A stretch of 64,000 nt of DNA from Candidatus Poribacteria bacterium. Lineage in GTDB: Bacteria; Poribacteria; WGA-4E; WGA-3G. The position numbers and the translations under genes are program-made. This document shows positions 48,203 through 57,123 of the stretch, one piece after another. The stretch lies in NCBI GenBank assembly GCA_965205015.1, contig OZ242029.1, positions 1,760,001 through 1,824,000 on the forward strand, in the 5' to 3' direction. Numbering within the stretch: position 1 is the first letter of the stretch; every line of letters begins with the position of its first letter. The notes under the pieces were generated by a model. The model was not told the DNA's origin. It saw only the letters and a list, made by a program, of their open reading frames with translations, and made no database searches.

Positions 48203-49321
48203 GTGTTATACATGAAGCACCGCTCGACTTTTAACAGTATGCCTATCCTTAAAAGCAAGATTTATCTGAGATTGCTCCCCATTTTCTGCGTTTTAACGGC
48301 GTGTCTCGTCCTGCTATGTGGATGTGCTGACCCCAGCACACAAAAGGAGAGCGAAAAGGCGGATACGACTGCCACCCAGAAAATCAAAATCGGCTTGTCC
48401 ATGGATTCATTGCGTGTGGAACGCTGGCAGAAGGACCGAGATATTTTCACGACTGAAGCAGAGAAACTCGGTGCCGAAGTTATCGTTCAATCTGCGGATG
48501 GAGATGAACGTCGACAGAACGAGCAAGCCGAGAACATGATTACCCAAGGTGTGGATGTTCTCGTTGTTATTCCGAAGGATAGCGTCGCTGCCGCCCAGAT
48601 TGTCCAAACCGCGCACGCGGAGGGGATCAAAGTCATCGCCTATGACCGGCTGATCCGCGAGAGTTCACCCGATCTTTATATCTCTTTCGATAACGAACAG
48701 GTCGGATACCTGCAAGCCGAGTACCTATTGCGTCAGAAGCCAGAGGGTGCCTATTTCCTACTCGGTGGTGCGCCAACCGACAACAACGCACAACTCCTCC
48801 GACAGGGACAACTCCGTGCCTTGCAACCCGCAATTGACAGCGGTGCCATTCGTTTAGTCGCAGGAGGGGAACATTGGGCGGTTAATTGGGATCCGCGGGA
48901 CGCACTCAAAAAGGCGGAGCAGGTCTTGACACAGACGAACAACCAGATAGATGCTGTCGTTGCATCGAATGATGGCACAGCCGGTGGCGTGATACAAGCA
49001 CTTGAGGGACAGAATTTAGCAGGAAGTGTCCTTGTTTCGGGACAGGATGCGGAACTCGCCGCCTGCCAACGGATTGTCAAAGGCACGCAGACCATGACGG
49101 TTTACAAACCGATCCACCTCATCGCAACGAAGGCGGCACAAGCCGCTGTCGCACTCGCAAAGGGGGAAGCGATCGCTGAAGCAACACAGACCGTTAACAA
49201 CGGCAAAATTGATGTGCCATCGATCCTGCTGACACCTATTCAGGTTGACAAGGAAAATTTGGACGAAGAGGTCATTAAAGATGGGTTTCACACACGCCAA
49301 GCCGTTTATCAAACACAGTAG
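48203..49321 (+). CDS. xylF: D-xylose-type sugar ABC transporter substrate-binding protein
   Basis: ERWQKDRD, AYDRLI, ISFDN, GAPTDNNA, SNDGTAGG, SGQDA and MTVYKP motifs. Confidence 0.82.
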   Translation: MLYMKHRSTFNSMPILKSKIYLRLLPIFCVLTACLVLLCGCADPSTQKESEKADTTATQKIKIGLSMDSLRVERWQKDRDIFTTEAEKLGAEVIVQSADGDERRQNEQAENMITQGVDVLVVIPKDSVAAAQIVQTAHAEGIKVIAYDRLIRESSPDLYISFDNEQVGYLQAEYLLRQKPEGAYFLLGGAPTDNNAQLLRQGQLRALQPAIDSGAIRLVAGGEHWAVNWDPRDALKKAEQVLTQTNNQIDAVVASNDGTAGGVIQALEGQNLAGSVLVSGQDAELAACQRIVKGTQTMTVYKPIHLIATKAAQAAVALAKGEAIAEATQTVNNGKIDVPSILLTPIQVDKENLDEEVIKDGFHTRQAVYQTQ

Positions 49322-49467
49322 TTGTCAGTGGAGGAGTCTTCAGTCATGGGTAAACTTCAACAAGAATAGCACCAAGATTGTAGCGCGTAATGAAATGGAG
49401 CGCGGATTTAAGAAAAAGATGCTAAAGTCCAAACCCACTTTGTTTAACCGCAAGGAATAATTAAAGA

Positions 49468-50643
49468 ATGCCTATTTTTCTCATCGGGACGAATGCTCCA
49501 GACATCGGAATCGATGATCGGCTGAGTTGGGTTTGGCGTTCCGATGCCTATCAAAATCTCATCGTCATTGCATGCCTTATCGGTGCGGCGTGGCTCCTCC
49601 GATACGCCGCACAGCAAGCGTATTGGCGCAACGCCGCAAGACAAATTCGCAAGAACCCCCTCGCTATTGTTTGCCTTTTCGTTCTCTTAGGGTACCTCCT
49701 TGTCGGTGTGTTAGATAGCATCGGTTGGCGTGACCCACTCATACGGCAGACCGATCAAACACTTACCCGAAATGAGAGGGGTGCCGTTGTCTATAAACCG
49801 AGAGGGTTAAGTCTTCTTGATAGACTTTGCACACCGCTTCGGGAACGGACTGAAAAAACCTATTCCGCACCGTTAGCAACACATCTGTATGCGAAAAGCA
49901 CCCTCCAAACACCGGATGGACGCACGGTTCGCGACTATCCACCGCTTCAGTATCCCCGGCGTCATCTCCTTGGTACCGACAAAGTCGGCAATGATGTCCT
50001 CTACCGTGCTTTAAAAGGCATCCGCACAGGACTCGTTATCGGTGGATTGACCACCTTGATTGCTGTTCCGTTCGCCATATTTTTCGGTGTTATCGCCGGT
50101 TATTTTGGGGGGTGGATAGACGATGCCGTTCAGTACATCTACGCCACGCTCGATTCCATTCCGTCTATCCTTCTGATTGTTGCCTTTATGCTCCTCTTTG
50201 GACAGGGGTTATTCAATCTCTGTCTCATCATGGGCATCGGAAGTTGGACGGGACTGTGTCGTATCCTACGCGGTGAAACCTTGAAACTCCGGGAATTGGA
50301 GTACATCCAAGCGTCCGAAGCCTTTGGTGTCCATCGTGGACTTATTATTCTTAAACATCTCGTTCCGAACCTCATGCATATCGTGTTAATTTCCACCATC
50401 TTACGATTTAGTGGGCTGGTGCTCACAGAAGCGTTGCTCAGTTACCTCCAAATCGGTGTTGAACCGACGACGGGAAGTTGGGGCAATATGATCAACACAG
50501 CGCGTTTAGAACTCGCTCGCGACCCGGTTGTCTGGTGGAATCTCACTGCGGCGTTTGTGTTTATGTTCGGATTGGTACTCCCTGCAAACCTCTTCGGCGA
50601 TGCCGTCCGTGATGCCTTAGATCCAAGGCTGAGGACGGAGTAG
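49468..50643 (+). CDS. Peptide/nickel ABC transporter permease (OppC/DppC-like)
   Basis: LGTDKVGNDV, EAA loop YIQASEAFG, KHLVPN and GDAVRDALDP motifs. Confidence 0.88.
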   Translation: MPIFLIGTNAPDIGIDDRLSWVWRSDAYQNLIVIACLIGAAWLLRYAAQQAYWRNAARQIRKNPLAIVCLFVLLGYLLVGVLDSIGWRDPLIRQTDQTLTRNERGAVVYKPRGLSLLDRLCTPLRERTEKTYSAPLATHLYAKSTLQTPDGRTVRDYPPLQYPRRHLLGTDKVGNDVLYRALKGIRTGLVIGGLTTLIAVPFAIFFGVIAGYFGGWIDDAVQYIYATLDSIPSILLIVAFMLLFGQGLFNLCLIMGIGSWTGLCRILRGETLKLRELEYIQASEAFGVHRGLIILKHLVPNLMHIVLISTILRFSGLVLTEALLSYLQIGVEPTTGSWGNMINTARLELARDPVVWWNLTAAFVFMFGLVLPANLFGDAVRDALDPRLRTE

Positions 50644-50744
50644 ATAGCTTATAAGGAAAACGGGAAAGACCCATATTAGACCAATTAAAAGTAAACAACG
50701 GGCATCACTGCCCGTTGTTCGCTTTTCGGTTTGTTCTAAAGAGA

Positions 50745-51206
50745 CTATTCCTTCTCAAATTCCTTAAGGAACCCGACAAATTCCCTACGATGTTTTTCCT
50801 CATCGGCGAGAAGTTTGATACAGAGGTCCTGTGTGACGTAATCGATCCCATCGCACATGCGGATAATCTTGTTGTATTGATCGCACGCGAGATTTTCTGC
50901 CTCAATCACACCACGAATCGTCGAAATAAGATCTGTGGAATCTTCTGGCGGTTGAAGCGATGCCTGTTCCGCTTTGAAGCCGAACGAACCTGGAACCCGA
51001 CCGCCGATTTCTTTGATGCGATTTGCTAATTCTTGGGCGTGTGTTAGTTCTGCTTGGATATCTGTTGCCAAAGATTTCTTGATTTCTTCAGCGCGGATGC
51101 CATCCAAATCGACGGAAATCGCAATGTAGTTGATGGTTGCCTCTACCTCAAGCCAATAGGCACGAGCGAGTTCTTCGATGATTGTGTCGGTTGTTGCTTG
51201 ACTCAT
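50745..51206 (-). CDS. Ferritin-like (Dps/bacterioferritin superfamily) protein
   Basis: Di-iron motifs ELTHA, EAE and DEEKH. Confidence 0.85.
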   Translation of the reverse strand: MSQATTDTIIEELARAYWLEVEATINYIAISVDLDGIRAEEIKKSLATDIQAELTHAQELANRIKEIGGRVPGSFGFKAEQASLQPPEDSTDLISTIRGVIEAENLACDQYNKIIRMCDGIDYVTQDLCIKLLADEEKHRREFVGFLKEFEKE

Positions 51207-51328
51207 AATATGTCTCCTATGATATAAGTGTTGTTAGAATTCCAGTTTTCTATTGCTACCTTTATTAGTGTAGCATACATCAAAACGAATTTCAATGCTT
51301 TTTTGTTTCAGAAACATAGATGAAACTT

Positions 51329-52111
51329 CTACGAGGGATTCAGACTCGGCATCACCCACGGATAGCCGTTCGGGTGCGGCAAGACTTCAAAGGGAATACC
51401 GTAGGTCTCCGATAACAGACCCAGGGTTAGCACCTTTTTAGGCGGACCGCACGCAACGGAAACCCCCTCTTTCAACAGCAGCAGTTGGTCGGCATACATT
51501 GATGCGAGATTCAGGTCATGAATTGCCGTGATAGCGGTTTTACCGTGTTCACAAATCGTTTTGCACAAGTTGAGTATCTGCACTTGGTGTCTCGGATCCA
51601 GATGATTCGTTGGTTCATCTAACAGGAACAGTTCCGGTGCCTGTGTGAGGATCCGCGCAACATCAACACGGCTCGCCTCACCGCCGGATAACGTTGGATA
51701 GAGCCGTTCCGCAAACATGTGGGCTTCAACCTGTCGCAATGCTTCCTGAGCAATTAAGAGATCAGCAGTTGTTTCTTTTCTGCCGTTAAGGTATGGGTGT
51801 CGCCCGAATAATGCAATCTCCAAGCTGGTGAAAGGGAAGTTTAGGTCCCTTTTTTGTTGGAGATAGGCTCGGAGGCGTGCCAATTTTTGGGGCGTGTAAC
51901 TGTGAATCGGTTTACCAAGGAGTCGTATTGCCCCCGTCGTTGGCGAAAGTTCACCCGAAATCAGTCGTAAGAGCGTGGACTTACCCGCACCGTTGGGACC
52001 GACGAAACCCCAGAGCATCCCTTTTTCAATTCTGATGTTGATGTCGCGGACTAACCAATTCCCACCAATACGATAACCAACCCCTTCCAATTCGATCATC
52101 TTTACCTCCAA
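51329..52111 (-). CDS. hmuV: Heme ABC transporter ATP-binding protein
   Basis: GPNGAGKS, YPTLSGGE and LDEPTNHLD motifs; operon context. Confidence 0.85.
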   Translation of the reverse strand: MEVKMIELEGVGYRIGGNWLVRDINIRIEKGMLWGFVGPNGAGKSTLLRLISGELSPTTGAIRLLGKPIHSYTPQKLARLRAYLQQKRDLNFPFTSLEIALFGRHPYLNGRKETTADLLIAQEALRQVEAHMFAERLYPTLSGGEASRVDVARILTQAPELFLLDEPTNHLDPRHQVQILNLCKTICEHGKTAITAIHDLNLASMYADQLLLLKEGVSVACGPPKKVLTLGLLSETYGIPFEVLPHPNGYPWVMPSLNPS

Positions 52112-52177
52112 AAACTTAGGGAAGTGCGCCTTATACTGGCGATTGTCAGTGTAGGAGCGAGCTGTGCTCGCGATTTC

Positions 52178-53191
52178 CTATAGAAAAACCTCACGTTTGA
52201 ATCTGAGCAGTAACCACAGAAAAAATGGACCGCCGATCAGCGCGGTGACAATGCCAACGGGCAATTCAGCAGGGGCGACGACGGTTCGTGAGAATAGGTC
52301 TGCCGAGACAAGTAGGATCGCACCACCGACTGCTGAACCGGGTAACACATACCGATGATCTGCGCCACCCAAAAGTCTCAGCAGATGTGGCACAACGAGC
52401 CCTACAAAACCGATGCCACCTGCGGCGGAGACCGCCGCGCCTACCGTTAGTGCAACACCGAAAACCGACCACCTTTTCAGAGTTTCCGTTGAAACGCCGA
52501 GATGATACGCTTCGGATTCTCCCAAACTCATGGCATTCAATGCGGCTGCCTGTCTTAACAACACGGACAATCCTATAATTGCAATCGGTAGCGTTATGAA
52601 AACAACGGGCCACGTCGCACCCCCAAAGCCACCGAGTAACCAAAAAGTCAGGCTGCGTAACTCCTCATCGTCAGCGAGAAACGTCATTAGACCGATACCC
52701 GCGCCAGCGAAACTGTTAAGAGCAATGCCTGCCAACAGGAGGGTCAATGTGCGCACTCTGCCTTGTTCCTCTGCTATTTTCCATACGGCGATGGTCACAA
52801 GGACTCCGCATCCAAAAGCGGCGATAGGAAGTCCCCACACGCCTAACGCCCCTCCACCAATCAGGACAATCCAGAGTGTCGCGCCTAACCCCGCACCTGC
52901 TGTGACACCGATTAATCCCGGGTCCGCCAGTGGATTGCGGAAAATACCTTGCAGCGTCGCCCCCGAAATGGCTAACATTGCGCCGACAACAGCAGAGAGA
53001 ATAACGCGTGGGAAACGGACATGGACCAGGACTGCGAAGCCATTCTCTCGGGAAAATAGAATCTCAGGGATACGCCACGGTAGGATTTGATATGCGCCTA
53101 TCCCTGCCGCAACGCACATTGATACTGGAAGTAAACCGATGAGTGTTAAGAGAATCTTGATATATTTAAGGGGCATCGACGATGTTTCCAA
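52178..53191 (-). CDS. hmuU: Heme/iron ABC transporter permease (FecCD family)
   Basis: RFPR, QGIFRNPLADP, IGFVGLVVPH and ELPVG motifs. Confidence 0.88.
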   Translation of the reverse strand: METSSMPLKYIKILLTLIGLLPVSMCVAAGIGAYQILPWRIPEILFSRENGFAVLVHVRFPRVILSAVVGAMLAISGATLQGIFRNPLADPGLIGVTAGAGLGATLWIVLIGGGALGVWGLPIAAFGCGVLVTIAVWKIAEEQGRVRTLTLLLAGIALNSFAGAGIGLMTFLADDEELRSLTFWLLGGFGGATWPVVFITLPIAIIGLSVLLRQAAALNAMSLGESEAYHLGVSTETLKRWSVFGVALTVGAAVSAAGGIGFVGLVVPHLLRLLGGADHRYVLPGSAVGGAILLVSADLFSRTVVAPAELPVGIVTALIGGPFFLWLLLRFKREVFL

Positions 53192-54338
53192 ATGCCGCAG
53201 CGACCAACGTCAAATCCAGTATGTTCACGATGCCATCTGCATTGACATCCGCATCGTTTTCTCCGCTTTTGCCGAAGTTGGACGCAATCAGAGTTAGGTC
53301 AAGGATGTTAACAGCACCATCCCTATTGACATCTTCGGCAAGGTGATCTGGTGCAGCAGAAGGCAACTCCCATAACAACACCACGCCATCCAACCCGTTA
53401 CTCGCAAGGGTATTGCCATCTGGACTAAACGCTACGCCAATAACCGGATCCGTATGTCCTGTGAACTTTCGTATCTCGTTGCCAGTCGCAACATCCCACA
53501 GACGCAGTGTGCTGTCCCTACTACCACTTGCAACGGTATGACTCTCTGGACTAAATGCTATGCTAACGACCGCGTCCGTATGTCCTATGAGGGTTTGTAT
53601 CTCGTTGCCAGTCGTAACATCCCACAGACGGGCGATGCCTTCCTGCCAAGCACCACCACTCGCAAGGGTGTTGCCATCTGGACTAAACGCTATGCTAATG
53701 ACCGCATCCGTATGTCCTGTGAGTTTTCGTGTCTCGTTGCCAGTCGTAACATCCCACAAACGGACAGTGCGGTCCGAACCACCACTGGTAAGGATCTTGC
53801 CATCTGGACTAAACGCTATGCTACTCACCCAACCTGTATGTCCTCTCAGGGTTTGTATCTCGCTGTCAGTTGCCACATCCCACAAACGGATGATACCGTC
53901 CCTATCACCACTTGCGAGGGTGCTGCCATCTGGACTAAACGCCACGTTAATGGCGCCAGCATGCTCTGTGAGCGTTCGTATCTTGCTGCCAGTTGCAACA
54001 TCCCACAGGTGTCCAGTACCGACAGTGCCGTCCGAACCACCACTCATAAGCGTGTTGCCATCTGAACTAAACGCTATGCTAATGACCGCATCTGTAGGCG
54101 CTGCGATCAGGTCAAGTTCCTCACCCGTCTGCGCGTTGTAAAGCCAAATCTCAGTACCAGTTGCTACCGCGAGATGCGTGCCATCGGGAGAATACGCGAT
54201 TTCGCTTATCGTGCCTTTGTCGAGGCGGGCTTTGGCACCTTCCGGTAAATCCGATTGTGTGAAATCTTGGGCAAAAACGTTTGTTGTCACTGCAAATATG
54301 GCAACCCAAATCAGTGAAATAGAAAATCTATTTCTCAT
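53166..54338 (-). CDS. WD40-repeat protein with C-terminal dockerin-like EF-hand pair
   Basis: Repeated GH...V.SIAFSPDG..LASG..D..VRLWD; DVNRDGAVNILDL and DVNADGIVNILDL. Confidence 0.9.
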   Translation of the reverse strand: MRNRFSISLIWVAIFAVTTNVFAQDFTQSDLPEGAKARLDKGTISEIAYSPDGTHLAVATGTEIWLYNAQTGEELDLIAAPTDAVISIAFSSDGNTLMSGGSDGTVGTGHLWDVATGSKIRTLTEHAGAINVAFSPDGSTLASGDRDGIIRLWDVATDSEIQTLRGHTGWVSSIAFSPDGKILTSGGSDRTVRLWDVTTGNETRKLTGHTDAVISIAFSPDGNTLASGGAWQEGIARLWDVTTGNEIQTLIGHTDAVVSIAFSPESHTVASGSRDSTLRLWDVATGNEIRKFTGHTDPVIGVAFSPDGNTLASNGLDGVVLLWELPSAAPDHLAEDVNRDGAVNILDLTLIASNFGKSGENDADVNADGIVNILDLTLVAAAFGNIVDAP

Positions 54339-54362
54339 AAATCTTTCCTTTTTGGTCTCAGA

Positions 54363-55331
54363 TTAATGTCTTTCCTCGTCACCTGTTGCAACAAAATATC
54401 CGTCGGTTTCATAGATACCTCGGAATAGATCGAGTGCAGCGCGCCCACAACGAGGACCGAATCCAGATAAATATTGCCCGTCCAATGTTACAACGCGTCT
54501 GTTTTGCCCGGCTGGTGTGTGTGCCAAACCCGGCAATTTGAGCAATCCATCAACACCCCCAACGGATTTCAGACTTGTGGTGAATAGGACATACACGTCC
54601 GGTTGTGCAGCGATCACCGCTTCTGCCGTCATCGGTTTGTTGCCTTTAATACTTCCTGCTGCATTCTCAACGCCAATAATATCAAACATTGCGCCAGGTG
54701 CGGTATCCGTTCCTAAAACCAGAGTGGTCTGTGTGCCGCGTAGATAGAGGAACAGGGCTTTCTGTTTCGGTTGCTCTTTTCGCGGGGCAAGTTTAACGTC
54801 CAGTTCTTTGATGTGAGTGTCTAAGGCGTTTATTAATGCCTCCGCTTTTTTCTCTCGTCCAACTGCTTTACCGATAGTTCGTAATCGTTGCTTGGCTGCT
54901 TCAAAGCTGCGAGGTTCCTTCAGCGATAAAACGGTTACGCCTGCCATACGAAGTTGCTGCACAACTTGTGGAGGCCTCACATCGTCTCGTCCAATCACCA
55001 GTGTCGGATTCAAGGAGAGAATCCCCTCGGCGTTAAGTCCATACTGATATCCGACACTCGGAAGTCGTTCCTTCACACCTTTCGGATACGTTGATGACGC
55101 ATCACAACCGACTACGTTATCACCGACACCCAGAGCAAATAAAATTTCAGTCGTACTGCCGTTGAGACTCACGATACGTTCTGATGACGTAATGACGACG
55201 GTTTTGCCCTCAGCATCTGTTACCTCGATTGCATCTGCAACAGCAAGGCAGAGTAAGATGCCAAACAGAACGAAAATCGAAACGCTTAATATCCACGCCT
55301 TACATAAGTTCGATCGAATAATTTCCATCAT
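54363..55331 (-). CDS. hmuT: Heme ABC transporter periplasmic binding protein
   Basis: RIVSLNGSTTEI, SSTYP, VGY...AEGILSLNP and GFGPR motifs. Confidence 0.85.
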   Translation of the reverse strand: MMEIIRSNLCKAWILSVSIFVLFGILLCLAVADAIEVTDAEGKTVVITSSERIVSLNGSTTEILFALGVGDNVVGCDASSTYPKGVKERLPSVGYQYGLNAEGILSLNPTLVIGRDDVRPPQVVQQLRMAGVTVLSLKEPRSFEAAKQRLRTIGKAVGREKKAEALINALDTHIKELDVKLAPRKEQPKQKALFLYLRGTQTTLVLGTDTAPGAMFDIIGVENAAGSIKGNKPMTAEAVIAAQPDVYVLFTTSLKSVGGVDGLLKLPGLAHTPAGQNRRVVTLDGQYLSGFGPRCGRAALDLFRGIYETDGYFVATGDEERH

Positions 55332-55470
55332 GTCCTCCTTCTGAAAATGAGGTGTCGGGCATGGAACTCGTTTAAGTGAAAGGAGATTCTTAGACGAAAT
55401 TGTGCCATGCCCAACGGCTTATGAACTCGTTGTTCAGTTGTTCAGTGTAAAGTTCTTTGTTGTGCTGACT

Positions 55471-56163
55471 TTAGAAATTTCGGTTCCCATCTGGTTGGTG
55501 GACATACTCAAACGTCACGAAACCACTATCTTTCTTGTTTTCGTTATCTTTGTAGTATCCGATGAAGCGAACCTTGGCGAATGTTCCATCAGCGGCTTTG
55601 ATCACAAACACTCGATCTTCCAGGGGAAGAATCCAGTGTGCTGGCGGTCCGGTGTAGATATACCAGCCTTTTTCACTCTGTGGAACGATCGCAAGGGTAT
55701 CCTCTGTATCAGAGAGGTAACCGTCCGCGGGTGCTTCGGTTACAGCCGCAAATGTCGTTTCAGTCAGCATAACGGCACTCCCCATGCCCGGTCCACTGAT
55801 ACCACCGTTAAGTTTCACTTGGGTCCGCTGGAACCCGATGTCCCACGCTTCCGAATTTTCGGCATCTTCAACGTTGACGGTGTCACCGGACGCAAAAGAG
55901 AAGTATGCCCATGCCTCTCTATTCGTCGCGTCGATTGTGAACGTTAGGCTCTCTAACCCGACAGGCGCGTCAGCCGGAATTTGGGCATCCGGTTCAGGGG
56001 TTCCAGATGGTGTTGCATCAGGGGTTTCCTCCGGCTGAAGCAACCGATCGATATCGCCTTCGTCAACAGAATCGCAACCGAAACTGAAAAAGATGACAAC
56101 ACCTAACATTAGCATGAGAGAAATGGTGATGTACGGGTTGACAAAATCTCTGGTTTTTTCCAT
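55471..56163 (-). CDS. HmuY-family lipoprotein
   Basis: Lipobox FGC; IDAT..WAYFSF, WDIGFQR..KLNGG and GWYIY motifs. Confidence 0.82.
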   Translation of the reverse strand: MEKTRDFVNPYITISLMLMLGVVIFFSFGCDSVDEGDIDRLLQPEETPDATPSGTPEPDAQIPADAPVGLESLTFTIDATNREAWAYFSFASGDTVNVEDAENSEAWDIGFQRTQVKLNGGISGPGMGSAVMLTETTFAAVTEAPADGYLSDTEDTLAIVPQSEKGWYIYTGPPAHWILPLEDRVFVIKAADGTFAKVRFIGYYKDNENKKDSGFVTFEYVHQPDGNRNF

Positions 56164-56183
56164 GATAATTCTCCTTTATCCGA

Positions 56184-56414
56184 CTAAACTTTCACGAGCG
56201 TATCCATATTTTCTAAATCGAGCTCCTCGGTCCCCGACTCATCAAGCTTCCGTAAAACACGCAGGGCTTCAACAAAGACTTCGGCGACTTGGTGGAAATC
56301 GCAGGAATCCATCGCGATATCCAGGGTGCGATATTTCAGGTGGATATGACCATCAAGACATTGGTAGATGGCGCATACTTCGGCTTGTGATAAAAATTCG
56401 ACTTTATAACCCAT
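56184..56414 (-). CDS. Small hypothetical protein with Cys/His motif
   Basis: GAGGAG RBS before ATG at 56414; IYQCLDGHIHL; lies within the heme operon. Confidence 0.6.
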   Translation of the reverse strand: MGYKVEFLSQAEVCAIYQCLDGHIHLKYRTLDIAMDSCDFHQVAEVFVEALRVLRKLDESGTEELDLENMDTLVKV

Positions 56415-56444
56415 TGCTAATCTCCTCACGGCACGGCGGCGCGC

Positions 56445-57101
56445 CTATTGTAGTAACTTAATCGCTGCCCACGTTGTCGTTCCCTTTCCTTTCGGATCAA
56501 CACGCGTGGGTTCAGATTCAACAAAGATGGGGGTGCCATCATCTTGAAAAACGTATTCTATAGTGATGTTCCCCGAGCCTTCTTTGGTTTCGTTGTTCTC
56601 ATAATAGCCAATGAAACGGACTTTCGCGTAGTTATATGGACTCGCAGGCTGCGCCTTTGGGTCGCGAGCAATCCGTAAGACGTAAACTTTAGGGTTCGGT
56701 AAGACCCAGTGATTTGGGGGTCCGGTGTAGGTATACCAACCATCGCCTCGCGCGAAGGTCATAATTTGGTCGGTGTCCGAAACGTAGGCACCTTCCGGGG
56801 CTTCAAGGACATCTTCAAAAGAGATGTCCTTTAAAACCAATACACCGGTTTTCCCGGGACCGCTAACACCCCCATTGGCGATGACCGCGGTCCGCTTAAA
56901 ACCGAGGTCCCACGCCAGTGAGGAGGCAGCATCAGCAATATCAACCGTTTCACCTTCGGTGAAGTTGATATATGCCCAGTTCTCACGATCGGTCGCATCA
57001 ACCGTGAGTGTGTTTTGATGAAGTTCAGCAGACACTGTATGGACAGCGATGCTGACGGTGAAAACCATAATTGAAGTTGTGTAGACCATGAGCCGTGTCA
57101 T
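56445..57101 (-). CDS. HmuY-family secreted protein with TTWxxIK tail
   Basis: VDAT..WAYINF, WDLGFKR..ANGG and GWYTY motifs; tail RVDPKGKGTTTWAAIK. Confidence 0.82.
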   Translation of the reverse strand: MTRLMVYTTSIMVFTVSIAVHTVSAELHQNTLTVDATDRENWAYINFTEGETVDIADAASSLAWDLGFKRTAVIANGGVSGPGKTGVLVLKDISFEDVLEAPEGAYVSDTDQIMTFARGDGWYTYTGPPNHWVLPNPKVYVLRIARDPKAQPASPYNYAKVRFIGYYENNETKEGSGNITIEYVFQDDGTPIFVESEPTRVDPKGKGTTTWAAIKLLQ

Positions 57102-57123
57102 GTCTTTCGTATCCTTTCCAGTA

